Below, one piece after another: positions 44,945 to 55,895 of a stretch of DNA of 64,000 nucleotides (positions are counted from its first letter, which is position 1; every line of letters starts with the position of its first letter). The DNA comes from a virus. The notes below the pieces were generated by a model. That model was not told the DNA's origin and ran no database searches. It worked only from the letters and a program-made list of their open reading frames with translations. Location of the stretch: positions 1,001-65,000 of IMG/VR virus record IMGVR_UViG_3300032030_000078, one strand, 5' to 3'. The position numbers and the translations under genes are program-made.

Positions 44945-45193
44945 TTATTCCTCCACTTTCAAAATTCTTTTAACTTCCGCTATAAATGGTTCAAATTCTA
45001 TACCATAATTATAGGCAACGCTTTCACCACAAGTTATACCTTGCTCTAGCATTTGTTTAAATCTTTCACGTTGATTTTTTCCCATTCCATAAACAAAAGT
45101 AATTGCATAATCTTCAGTACTATATTGGTTTTTTAATACTAATGAGTTACTTTTTGATTTTTCCATGGGTATTTGCATTACTGTATTAACCAT
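44945..45193 (-). CDS. small protein starting MVNTVMQIPMEKSKS
   Basis: SD AGGAG before ATG, overlaps end of the Gly/Tyr-rich ORF. Confidence 0.5.
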   Translation of the reverse strand: MVNTVMQIPMEKSKSNSLVLKNQYSTEDYAITFVYGMGKNQRERFKQMLEQGITCGESVAYNYGIEFEPFIAEVKRILKVEE

Positions 45194-45554
45194 ATCTTTC
45201 TCCTGACCTTCCGTAACCTTTTCTTCCTCTACCATATTCTCCTGTGCCGTCTTCTGGATAGCCTTCATTTTCGCCATAGCCTCCATGATTTTCGCCATAT
45301 CCACTACGTCCGTCGCCGTATCCACGGTAGTTTCCATATCCGGGGTAGTCATTTCTACGGTTTCCATAAGTCCCGTATCCGCCTCTGCCCATTCCTCCGC
45401 TGTACTTATCATTTGCTAGACCTATAACCATGGTAGCAGCCTCAACAAAATCTTTACCAAAATAGCCACGTTGCTTAGCCTTTTCTACTTCAGTGCCCGC
45501 TAAATCAATTAAGGTATTCAACATTTTGTCTACCTCATAAGATTTGTCTTCCAT
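45186..45554 (-). CDS. protein with Gly/Tyr/Arg-rich tail
   Basis: MEDKSYEVDKMLNTLIDLAGTEVEKAKQRGYFGKDFVEAATMVIGL... then GRGGYGTYGNRRNDYPGYGNYRGYGDGRSGYG. Confidence 0.55.
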   Translation of the reverse strand: MEDKSYEVDKMLNTLIDLAGTEVEKAKQRGYFGKDFVEAATMVIGLANDKYSGGMGRGGYGTYGNRRNDYPGYGNYRGYGDGRSGYGENHGGYGENEGYPEDGTGEYGRGRKGYGRSGERYG

Positions 45555-45716
45555 ATTCTCAACTCCTTTACTTTGTTTTTATAATATTATTTTATTAATC
45601 AATTCCAAATAAAAATTTATATATTGTTTACGATTTATACATAAATTGTTTATTAACATAAAAAAAGAACAGTTAGTCTAATTAACTAACTGTTCCCAGA
45701 GGAAATTTATGAGAAA

Positions 45717-45962
45717 TTATATGTCGCGTGTATCCATTGCCTTGAATATTTTCTTTCTAATTTTATCTAAATCGCTGTTGATTTTATTTCTGCTAAAACC
45801 TGTCATATCGGCTATGAAACCTATACTTTTGTTCTCTAAATAAAACATTCGCATAACTTTTTTCAAATGTTCGTCCATTAGCATTTTGTCTATTAATTCT
45901 TCTGCTTCTTTCTTTGTAGCCACACTAAAGAATTGATTAATTTGTTTTGAAAGTTGACTCAT
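45717..45962 (-). CDS. small HTH/sigma region-4-like protein
   Basis: LKKVMRMFYLENKSIGFIADMTGFSRNKINSDLDKIRKKI. Confidence 0.45.
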   Translation of the reverse strand: MSQLSKQINQFFSVATKKEAEELIDKMLMDEHLKKVMRMFYLENKSIGFIADMTGFSRNKINSDLDKIRKKIFKAMDTRDI

Positions 45963-46855
45963 TATATCATCATCCTTTATTTGTAGGTGTATTTTTTCCT
46001 AGTTATTATTTTTGAATAAGCATATTTTGTTGTAATAACGCCATTTCTGGCTATTTGTGAAACTATTTTTTGTGTTTTTAATTTATATTTTGCTTTACTC
46101 TTATTATTAGTATTTCTCTTGATAATAATACCTTGTCTTGCTGCCATATATTATTACCTACTAAAATTAATACCACTATTTATAGTAGAATTGTCATCTG
46201 TGTCTTGGTAAATAGTTTCAGTGGTTTCAAACTCAAATTGACTTAAAAATTCTTGATATTGAATGTTTTGTTTATATATAAAGAACATAGCAGTTACAGA
46301 AACTATTATAATTATAAATAATTCAATTATACTTAAAATAAATATTCTTTTATTATGTTTGTTGCCGTATGTTATGGTATCTTGTAATATTGGTATAAGC
46401 ATATTATTTATACCTGTATCAACATTTTTAACTTGATTTAATATATCTTTTAAATTTTCATCGTTCATAAAATATACCTCCTATGGTTTTAATATTAACC
46501 CTGCAATTATAGCACCTACAGCACCAAAAATTGAACCTAAAATAGCACTTATAGCAGTATCATATCTTTTTATAGGTTTATTTTTTAATTCTTCTATTTG
46601 TGCAGTTAAATTTGGGATTGTTTTTTCATTTAATGTTTTTAATGTTTCCATTATTTGTTCATATTGGAAATCTGTTTTTTCTTTTGATTTCTCTATCGTT
46701 AATATACGTTTATTATTATCATTAATTTGCTGTTTTAATTCTTCTATTTTCTTTTCTGTTTGTTGTTTATAACTATGTAATTCCTGTTCTAGTAACAATA
46801 TTTTACTATCTTCCATAGCAACCCCCTATTTAAGTAAATTACAATAAAAACTAAT

Positions 46856-47846
46856 ATCATTTTCTAATGTATATGTATTATAATTTGGATAATATATTGA
46901 TATAGTATCTTTCAAAGTATAAGTTTCTCCTTCTGTGAATTTATGTATACAAAATGCTTTAGTCTTACTATTTACTCTAATAAAAAAATCATCAAGTTTA
47001 TAATATTTATCCCCGAATAATTTTCCAATCTATATTTGCCACTGAAACATTATCAATTGTGACTGAAGATAAATCAATAGTTTTAATTATTTTGTCATAA
47101 TTAACTACTTCATATACCCACAAAATAATTGCTAAATACCAATCTGAGCCATCGAATAATAAAGCATTATAACAACTATCTTTTTCTCCATCAGTTGTAA
47201 TAAGTTTTTTTCCATTTAGTAAAAATATTTGATAATTATTACCTATATGTAATCCACTATAATAGCTATTACGTTCTATATACTGACCGATTAAGCTTCC
47301 ACCATAATTACCAGTAATGTCACCATTACACAGTAAAGAAATATAATGTGCATCTGCTTCTGTATATGGGGATTTTGGCATTGCATTTACAGTTATACTG
47401 TCATAATAACCACTACTACCTGTTTGTGGTGTTGTACTTGGGTTAAATACTGCATTTCCATTGTTTGGCATACTTCCGATATACTTTGTATTATTATTTC
47501 CATAAGCAATATTACCTACTAATAAATTAGAATTACTGTTTAATGTAGCGTCTTCTGTAAAAGTTCCTCTCATACCTAATATTGTAATACCACTTTTTAT
47601 ATTTTCTGGTCTAATATTACTATCTATTGCACTTGTAACCCCACTTATCGTTCCACCTTCTGTATATCCTTGTGGAATTGTTTGTGAATTTATACTTGGA
47701 GCATACTGTAAAGTTCCATTGTTTGGCATAGTTCCAGTCACTTTTTGGTCATCTACATATGCGGTTTTATTTAATAATATTTCATTAGCATTTGCGGTTG
47801 CGTCGCTTGTATCCAATCCACCTATCCCTATTATTCCACCTATCAT
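46856..47846 (-). CDS. tail/appendage-type protein (one CGG +1 site)
   Basis: ...VANIDWKII[G]DKYYKLDDFFIRVNSKTKAFCIHKFTEGETYTLKDTISIYYPNYNTYTLEK*; CGG 47013-47015; 991 nt = 3n+1. Confidence 0.75.
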
Positions 47847-48138
47847 TATTCTATCACTTCACTTTCATCTTTTGTATTTTCTTCAATATTATTTGTGTCC
47901 ATTTCTTCATTGTTTTGTGCTATTTCTTCAATAGGTTCTTCTATAATTTCTTCTACTGGTTTATTTAGTATTTCATCGAAATAATCAAATGTTTCTTCAT
48001 AATCTTTTGCTGTTACTAATCCTTTTTCGTTTAATTCGTCTAGTTTTCCTATTGCATATTCTACTGGATATTCTCCTTTATCAACTAAATTTCTTAATGC
48101 TTTTACTCTTGTTGCACTTCTTTTTTCTAATATAGTCA

Positions 48139-50017
48139 TTATGCATTCACCTCACTTTCTAATTGTTCTATTCTTGTTTCTAATTCTGATAATTTATCTA
48201 CTCTATATTCTACGTCAAATATTGGACTTATTTCGTCTGTACTGTATATATGTGTTCCACCTTTATATGATTTTGCTGTTTTTGATATTTGGTTTAATAC
48301 TTCGGTTTGGGCTTGCGTGCATGGAAGTAGAATTGGATTAACTAATTGATATATTAACTTCACATTATGAGTTGATAGCCATGCCTTCCAATCTCCTATA
48401 TTATTAGCAATGTTCTTGCTTATTCTTATTCCTAAAGCTCGTTGATTATTTATATATGCAATTTCTTTATCATATTTATAATTATTATTAACGTTGTATA
48501 TAAATCTATTACTTATGTATTGGCAACCTGACTCTTCATTCACATATCCTGATACATTTTCAAAATCTCTTAATACATATGCCGATGTATTATTATAAAC
48601 TCCATCTGTCCAACTCCAAATTTGCCAATTTTCTGTTCCATCTAACACTATTCCCCCTATCACATGTTTCTCATACCATACCCCATTTTCTTTTACAAGT
48701 GTATCTGCATAATCTCCTATTTTTCTCATTGGTTGTTGTGTTGGTATTATGTATGTTTGTTCTTGATGTTCTACATAGTCTGTAAAGGAACTAGTGGCTA
48801 CCATTATTTTTACTTCTTCATTGACAATATTTCCATTTAAAGTATTAGCACCTACTCTAATATATGGTATAGTACCATTGAATGTAATACTTACAGTTCT
48901 ATTATCTAGTGAACGATAATCATAGTTAGATACTTGTACTGTTTCATTGCTTTGTTTATTTAAAAATGCACAAATATAATATGTTTTGCCCTTTTCCCAT
49001 ATAATACCACTATTTTCAGTGTTTAGTGATATTGTTTGCCATTTTTCACCTCCACTAGTCAAATTGACATTTAATATTGTGCTACATATATTCTTATTTT
49101 TCACAGTAACATTAGCACACCCTTGTCCATATGGACTATATCCTGTTGCTACTGTACCGTTGTTCTAGCTTGATTTTATCACTTGTCTTTGCAACATGAT
49201 AAAGTATATATTCTGTATTAGCAGGAGTAATAAATGTTTTCGTTGCCTTATTATTTGCATTTATCGTAAAAGTTGTAATCTCTTTTATAAATGTCCCATC
49301 TGATTGAAAGCCACATATTCTACAATCTCTATTTATTTCACCTGTATTTGTAATAGATAAAGTATATTGTTTATTTTCATTTACAGTATTTTTATATATA
49401 TCAAAATCACTATTATTTGTTATGTTCCCAGAATTTTGTATTAATGAATTTGTTCGATATATAGTATCCTTATCAAACAAATTCACATTATCGCCTACAC
49501 TATGTATTTCTTGTGGATAATCTGGAGAAGGTGAAGATATAAAAGTTAATTGTGTTCCAGTTGTACCTATTTCTGTAGTTATTTCTGTTTCTCCTAAATA
49601 TAATTTAAGTGTTACTGTATGAAATACTAATATATCTCCTTCTTCAATAGTTGGCATAGTAAATTGATAATTTATATTATTATAAGTAAAATAATACATT
49701 CCAGTTTCTGTGCCATTACAAGTATATGTTATTTTACTCGTATCCTGCTTACTATTTCCACTTACCCCAAACTTTGCAAATCTCATTTCTGCACTGTCTG
49801 TTATATCAATGCTTTCTCCTGTTTCTTCTTTTGTTATAGACAATCCTGCTATATCTTCTTTTAGTCTTTCATTTTCTGCCTCTAATTCTTCCTTTAGTGC
49901 TTCGGTTTGTTCATTATAGTCTGTTTTTCTTAAAAATAAACTATTTACTTTACTTCCTGTTTGGTTTACAATATATTCAATTAATTGCTTTCCAACCAAT
50001 TTATTGCACCTCCTCAA
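48139..50017 (-). CDS. phage tail/baseplate-associated fiber-type protein (one CGG +1 site)
   Basis: Track ORFs 49136-50017 and 48139-49104 join: ...KIKLEQ[G]TVATGYSPYGQGCANVTVKNKNICSTILNVNLTSGGEKWQTISLNTENSG; CGG at about 49159-49161; 1879 nt = 3n+1. Confidence 0.88.
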
Positions 50018-50838
50018 AAACTTCGTTGATTAGTTCATCAACTTCAGTTGTACTCATATCGGCTATATTATCTACTTTTGATTTATATTCATTTGTAAAA
50101 TCATTTGTAGATAGACTTTTTCCTGTAACTTTATCTACTTTATCGTTAAGTAAGTTATTTACTTCTGTTTTTGTATATACATCAATTTTATTTGCTTTAT
50201 TGTTCAATAAATTATCTGTATTTGCCTTATTATAATAATCTGAAAGTATATTAGTTAATTGAGTATTACTTACTAACCCATTTATTAAATCTTCTATACT
50301 TACTCTTATTATATTATTATTTAAGTAAGTTATTACTATTTCTTTAGAATTATTTTCATAATTTACATTTTTTATTAAATTATTTAATGGTAAATTAATA
50401 TTATTTGATACATAAATAGTATTTCCCTCTTTATCTTTAAGAATCGCACCTAAACTATAATTATTATCTATTGTTAATTGTATCTGCGCTCCTGTTTGTG
50501 TTATTAATGAACGTAATAATATATTATTTTTATTTGTATTTATCTGTGCTAAATCTATTTGACTAATTAAACTTTTACCTGCTTCTTTATCAACTTTATT
50601 ATTTAATAAATTGTCAGTAGTTGTTTTATTGTATGTATCACTTATATTAGCCTTTGTATTTATAATATTTCGTATTTCAGTATCATCATAATTATTAGTA
50701 TTATTTATCTTGCTTAATAACTCATTTGTTAAATCATTAGTACTTAAATCCTTTCCTGTTTGTTTATGTACATAATCTGATTTTAACTTTGTTCCTATTT
50801 GTTTTATTACATTTTCAATTAATTGCTTTCCTACCATT

Positions 50839-51669
50839 TTACACCTCCTCAAAGGCTTCGTTAACTAACTCGTCTACTTCTTCTTGTGTCATTTCTGGTT
50901 CTACCGTATCAGTTGTTTTCCATACCGTTATAGTTATATTAATATCTGTACCAGGATTTTTTGTTGTATAAATTATTAAATATCCATCAAAAGTATTTAT
51001 ATATCCATTTTTTAATTTATTTTGATTTTCTATTGTCATATTTCCCATTGCTAAATCATAACTTGTTACCGTTTCATCTGTAATTCTATATTCATAATAT
51101 CCCGTTTGACTATTATATACCCAATTACTTGCAATTAAAGTTAATTCGGTCGAAGTTGGAGCATACCCAGAAACATTATTTTTAAAATTTTCAAAATCTT
51201 GTATAGTTGCATAAGTTAAACTACTGTCAATTACCGCAGTTATATTATTAACATTACTAATATATAATTTTAAATCAATCAATTTTTCACTTATAGTTGT
51301 TCCTGTACTAGGGCTAATATAGTCAGCAGTAGTACCACTATTCCCATAAAAAACAAGTTTTTCTTCGCTAGTATCAGGGTCTTTTGCAAAAAGTCCAATT
51401 TCTCTTAAATAAAAACCAGTTTCAACATCTGTGGTGTTCAAATTAAATCCTATTGTAACTTTTTTCATTGATGTTAAAGTTTGTATATCCAATCTTTTAA
51501 TATCAACTGTCATTATTTCGTTAACAACATAGGTTAAATCTAATACATCTCCTGTATATTCTCCATCTCCTAAAACAAATTTTGTAAACTCTAATTTCTT
51601 TCCTGTTTGTGCTTTATATTCTATATCTATTCCGTCATTGGTTATTTTGAATTTACCAAAATTAGCCAT
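50839..51669 (-). CDS. tail-collar/tail fiber protein
   Basis: KLEFTKFVLGDGEYTGDVLDLTYVVNEIMTVDIKRLDIQT...FYLREIGLFAKDPDTSEEKLVFYGNSG. Confidence 0.75.
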   Translation of the reverse strand: MANFGKFKITNDGIDIEYKAQTGKKLEFTKFVLGDGEYTGDVLDLTYVVNEIMTVDIKRLDIQTLTSMKKVTIGFNLNTTDVETGFYLREIGLFAKDPDTSEEKLVFYGNSGTTADYISPSTGTTISEKLIDLKLYISNVNNITAVIDSSLTYATIQDFENFKNNVSGYAPTSTELTLIASNWVYNSQTGYYEYRITDETVTSYDLAMGNMTIENQNKLKNGYINTFDGYLIIYTTKNPGTDINITITVWKTTDTVEPEMTQEEVDELVNEAFEEV

Positions 51670-52202
51670 TATACCGCCTCACTTTCTAATATTATTTGCT
51701 CACCTTCGTGCATAATCATACCAAAATATAATTCTGTTTCTTCTTCTTCAAATAAATTAACAACAATTATTAAATTTGCTGGTATTAATGGTCTATATAA
51801 ATCATATATAGATTCCGCAGTATCGTTAAATATATTTGCAACATTAATAGTTAATATATATTCTGCATTATTTAAATTTATTGTATAATTATTTTTTCCT
51901 ATTAATTTTGTTAAACTTTCTTCTAGCCATCTATATGTTAATGGAACTGTAGTTGACATTTTTGTTAATATCTTATTTCTTCTATATTCTAAATTATCTT
52001 TGTTACTATCTAATTCAATATTTAATAATTTTTCCCAGTTTTCAATTCCGTTCTTAGTTGCAACTTTTGCAAAAGTATCTTTAAATATATTTTCAAGTCC
52101 TATTTTTAATTTATTTTCCAATTCATTTTCTTCTGTATATATTATATTCAAATATTCAACATTATTATCATATAAAGATGGAACATAATCACTAATTTTC
52201 AT
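51669..52202 (-). CDS. YmfQ/DUF2313-like tail protein
   Basis: LENKLKIGLENIFKDTFAKVATKNGIENWEKLLNIELDSNKDNLEYRRNKILTKM. Confidence 0.7.
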   Translation of the reverse strand: MKISDYVPSLYDNNVEYLNIIYTEENELENKLKIGLENIFKDTFAKVATKNGIENWEKLLNIELDSNKDNLEYRRNKILTKMSTTVPLTYRWLEESLTKLIGKNNYTINLNNAEYILTINVANIFNDTAESIYDLYRPLIPANLIIVVNLFEEEETELYFGMIMHEGEQIILESEAV

Positions 52203-53316
52203 TTAAGATTACCTCCTCCAATATTGGATAAGGATTTCCGCTACTTGTAACATCTATTGTAACATTATCTGAACTATTATTTATTTTTAAATTTTCTACA
52301 TTAGTAACACCAGGAACTGATATAATCACACCAATTAATCTAGAAATATATATTGTAATACTTGTATTATCAGCCCATTCTTTTTGAACTTCATTAATAT
52401 AATTTTTTACTGCATTTTCGATAGGCTCCCTTAAACTTTCTAAAGTATAAGTGCTTTCAAAACTTATATTACAAGATATAGTTAATTCATAAGCAGTTGG
52501 TGCTACTACTGTTACTATATGCCCTATAGGGGCTTTTCCTATACCTTCTCCTTGATTTTGTAAAGGGTCAATTAAAGTTTGTATTTCATCTATAACTGCA
52601 CTAGTTGGTATTTCATACCCACTTGTTATTATTACTAGTTTTACAGTCCCGCCCCCATTCCACGCTGGAATTACTAGGCATGCACCTATACCATCTTGAG
52701 ATTCTACATATTGTTTATAATCTGCTATATTACCTCCAAATGGAATTTCTTTAACTTTTGCTAAAGCCCTTTCTCTTAATCTTTCATCGCTTTCTTCTTC
52801 CTCTCCTGCCTTGTATATTTCCGTTAATGTTGCACTACCTAAATTATTAATACTTTCAAGTGGCAATAATGTTCCATAATATTCATTTCCAACTGAGCCA
52901 GCAGTTTCACATTCTAATATATAAGTTCCAATAGTATTAGTAGGCTCAATTACTTTATAATTATACCCACCATATTCATTTGGAACACTGAATCTAGTAC
53001 CAATATCAATATTCATGGGTTGAGGTTCTTCCTCAGATGTCATAAAAACACCTAATCGTTGAGAATATGTTGCAGATATTCTTTCAAGTCCATAATCTGC
53101 AATCCTATTATCTAAATTTTCTCCTGTAGCCGTTAATAAATATGTCTGTTCTCCATACACATCTAAGGCTATATACATTTGTGCAATTTCAGCTGCAAAT
53201 GGTGCTAAAGCATCATAAATAATTGAGCCTTGTCGTTTATCTAAGTTACTACTTATTCTATCTAAACATCTTCTTAATATATCATCAAAACTATTTCCAT
53301 TAGAAAAATTAAACAT
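52192..53316 (-). CDS. baseplate J-like protein
   Basis: GSIIYDALAPFAAEIAQMYIALDVYGEQTYLLTATGENLDNRIADYGLERISATYSQRLGVF... Confidence 0.9.
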   Translation of the reverse strand: MFNFSNGNSFDDILRRCLDRISSNLDKRQGSIIYDALAPFAAEIAQMYIALDVYGEQTYLLTATGENLDNRIADYGLERISATYSQRLGVFMTSEEEPQPMNIDIGTRFSVPNEYGGYNYKVIEPTNTIGTYILECETAGSVGNEYYGTLLPLESINNLGSATLTEIYKAGEEEESDERLRERALAKVKEIPFGGNIADYKQYVESQDGIGACLVIPAWNGGGTVKLVIITSGYEIPTSAVIDEIQTLIDPLQNQGEGIGKAPIGHIVTVVAPTAYELTISCNISFESTYTLESLREPIENAVKNYINEVQKEWADNTSITIYISRLIGVIISVPGVTNVENLKINNSSDNVTIDVTSSGNPYPILEEVILNEN

Positions 53317-53728
53317 TAACTACCACCTCCATTTGTAAACTACCATATATACTTTCAACATTAAATTTTACCTGTGCTTTATCATTGTTTACTTTGTTTA
53401 TATCTGTTACAACAACATTTGTTATTCGTAAATCAATAGTTAAAGCCTCCCTTAATGTTTCTTCTATAGTAGCCTCTAAATAATCAAAACCTCTCCCTAT
53501 ATATTGTTGCAATTCAATTCCATAATTATCATCATAAATTAAATATGTATATCTTTCAGTCATTAATATGTGATATATTGCTTGTTTAATTGCCTCTAAT
53601 TTATCAATAAATCCAATTATTCTATCTGAATTATTTTCATTTATATTTAATTTATATGTTTTAGAAGGTAATTGTATTATTTCTGTTATATTCTCTAATT
53701 GATTTTCTATTTGTGGTGTAGTTGCCAT
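53309..53728 (-). CDS. DUF2634-like (XkdS) baseplate wedge protein
   Basis: Position and sequence YKLNINENNSDRIIGFIDKLEAIKQAIYHILMTERYTYLIYDDNYGIELQQYIGRG. Confidence 0.8.
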   Translation of the reverse strand: MATTPQIENQLENITEIIQLPSKTYKLNINENNSDRIIGFIDKLEAIKQAIYHILMTERYTYLIYDDNYGIELQQYIGRGFDYLEATIEETLREALTIDLRITNVVVTDINKVNNDKAQVKFNVESIYGSLQMEVVVNV

Positions 53729-53740
53729 TATTTAACCTCC

Positions 53741-54073
53741 TTAAATTCTACGTTCTAACGCAGAAACTCTGTCTTTTAAACTTTGTATCTCCTGCATATA
53801 TTTGTCTAGTTGTCGATTACTAGATATAATATCATATATATAGTATGTTTGCCCTGAATTATATGTAGTTGCTACAAATTTATCACCAACTTTTATATTT
53901 TCCTGATCAATATAAGTATCAAAATATAAAAAATGCTCTGTTAATGTAAGTTTATCACCATCGGTTAAAACTAACGGATTTATTGACTTAACGGTTAAAC
54001 TTATCATTTCACTTATTGTATCATTGCCAGATTTTTGCATTAATTTAAATATTCTACTAGCACCATTTGGCAT
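53741..54073 (-). CDS. DUF2577-like tail protein
   Basis: GDKLTLTEHFLYFDTYIDQENIKVGDKFVATTYNSGQTYYIYDII. Confidence 0.7.
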   Translation of the reverse strand: MPNGASRIFKLMQKSGNDTISEMISLTVKSINPLVLTDGDKLTLTEHFLYFDTYIDQENIKVGDKFVATTYNSGQTYYIYDIISSNRQLDKYMQEIQSLKDRVSALERRI

Positions 54074-54076
54074 ATT

Positions 54077-55039
54077 TCATACCTCCAATTCTAAATCCAT
54101 TGTATGAGAATATTTTGTAAATGTGTGAGTACAACTTTTTATCCATAACCATTTATCTATCCCCTCTCTAGGTAATACAAATTTTATACCTCTTCCAATT
54201 ATACAATCAATTAATCCTTCTGCTTCTAATTTTAAATTTTCAGTTTCCCTATTTTTTACTTTTAGATAATTTTCAGCTGTTTGTTTAATTTGAGAACTAT
54301 TTACATCATCGTCAGCTTTTTTAAGAAGTTGCAATATACCCCATCTTTTTATATTGTCACTATCTTTGACAATCCATACATCTCGTTTTCCAGATTCTTC
54401 ATTATCTTTATATATTTTTATTTGGTTAAATGTATCGTCGTCTATAGATTTTTCATAAGTATATGAAGTCATCATTGAGCCATCCCCTAATTGTATATTT
54501 GTTTTTTCATAACTAAATTCTGACCATGTTAATACACCAAACCTATCCGCAATAAAATATTGAGTCTTCTCATTTATATCTGCTAAATCTATCCCTCTTT
54601 TAATTATTGAATATAATGTTTTATTGTCATATACATATGGTTCAGGTTTATAATAAGAAGGTACTTTTACCTCATATCTAAAACCATAATCATTACATAT
54701 TTTTTCAAATATTTGACTTGATGTCATATTTGCAATTGTATATACATCATTATTTTTTAAGTACCTCATTTGGTCGTAACATGTAATTTTATAATTTTGT
54801 TCACCATCTGTTCCTATTTTAAATATATAACCAAAGAAAAAACCTTTTCCATTTACTATAAATGATATTATACTACCATTTGCAATTTTTAATTTATTGT
54901 TTGGGTCTTTTTGTAATATACATGTTAATTTTCCAGCGTCTCCGTCCAATGTCTGTGAAATCTGAATTTGCTCGGCAATATTAGAAACATCAAATATAGT
55001 ACCATCATTGCTATTTTGTAAATATAATTCAAGTTTCAT
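54077..55039 (-). CDS. XkdQ/late control D-like tail protein
   Basis: Position; YNFKYLK... GDAGKLTCILQKDPNNKLKIANGSIISFIVNGKGFFFGYIFKIG. Confidence 0.75.
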   Translation of the reverse strand: MKLELYLQNSNDGTIFDVSNIAEQIQISQTLDGDAGKLTCILQKDPNNKLKIANGSIISFIVNGKGFFFGYIFKIGTDGEQNYKITCYDQMRYLKNNDVYTIANMTSSQIFEKICNDYGFRYEVKVPSYYKPEPYVYDNKTLYSIIKRGIDLADINEKTQYFIADRFGVLTWSEFSYEKTNIQLGDGSMMTSYTYEKSIDDDTFNQIKIYKDNEESGKRDVWIVKDSDNIKRWGILQLLKKADDDVNSSQIKQTAENYLKVKNRETENLKLEAEGLIDCIIGRGIKFVLPREGIDKWLWIKSCTHTFTKYSHTMDLELEV

Positions 55040-55042
55040 TTG

Positions 55043-55895
55043 TTACCTCCTTGTAGGTATTGTAATTCCTGATTTATATGCTTCAATTTTTGCCTTTGCT
55101 TTATTAAGTCTATCGTTACTTTCAACCGCTGAACTAGTTGATGTCTTAGTGATTGTTGTATTTTTACTTTTAGAAGTAGAAGTTGATTTTAATTTTGTGA
55201 CATTTGTAGGAGGATTCCAGCCTTCTGGTAAAGTTAAAACTTGACCCGCCTTTATTATATTTGGATCATTTCCTATAATTTCTTTGTTTAATTCATATAA
55301 AGGTCGCCAACCTGCACCATTACCTGTGCAAGCCTTTGTTATATTCCATAAACAATCTCCGTTGTTGAACAGTATACGTCTTAGTTGCTACCTCTGGAGA
55401 TGGAGCATCTTGTGATACAACTATAGGTGAAACTGTTCTTGCAGAGGCTAAACCAGATAATTGAACATCAACAATTTTTACCCCATAGGCTCTATATTCC
55501 TTGATTGATAAACTATAGTATATATCTTCTTCCTCCCCCGCTTTGTGGTCGTATGCAAAATTGTCAATAACAAAATACATATTTAAATCTTTCGGTAGTC
55601 CTGTTGTTACTATTTTTGCCACATTATTATTAATATTTTCTGTATTCCATATTTCTTCTATAAATTCAATGCACGTTTTTGGTTTAACACCAGTATAAAA
55701 ATAACTATCTTGTGCAGGAAAGAAACTATTTATTTTTAATTTTCTCAAACTAGGTTCACCTTTTCTGGTTGTCTTTCCTAAGCCTATAATATCTATATCA
55801 TTATTATCCGCCCCTCGTTCAATTGTAATTTCTTCTGGGTTAATTGGAATTGTCAATTGTTTTCCATTAAATTGTATCATTATTTGAACTGACAT
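55043..55895 (-). CDS. XkdP-like tail protein with LysM domain (one CGG +1 site)
   Basis: KTYTVQQ[G]DCLWNITKACTGNGAGWRPLYELNKEIIGNDPNIIKAGQVLTLPEGW; 853 nt = 3n+1; CGG at about 55361-55363. Confidence 0.93.

Noticed and set aside
44945-45554. Another frameshifted gene joining 45186-45554 and 44945-45412
   Set aside because: No in-frame CGG in the first ORF, and the second has its own SD and ATG at 45193; ordinary overlapping genes.
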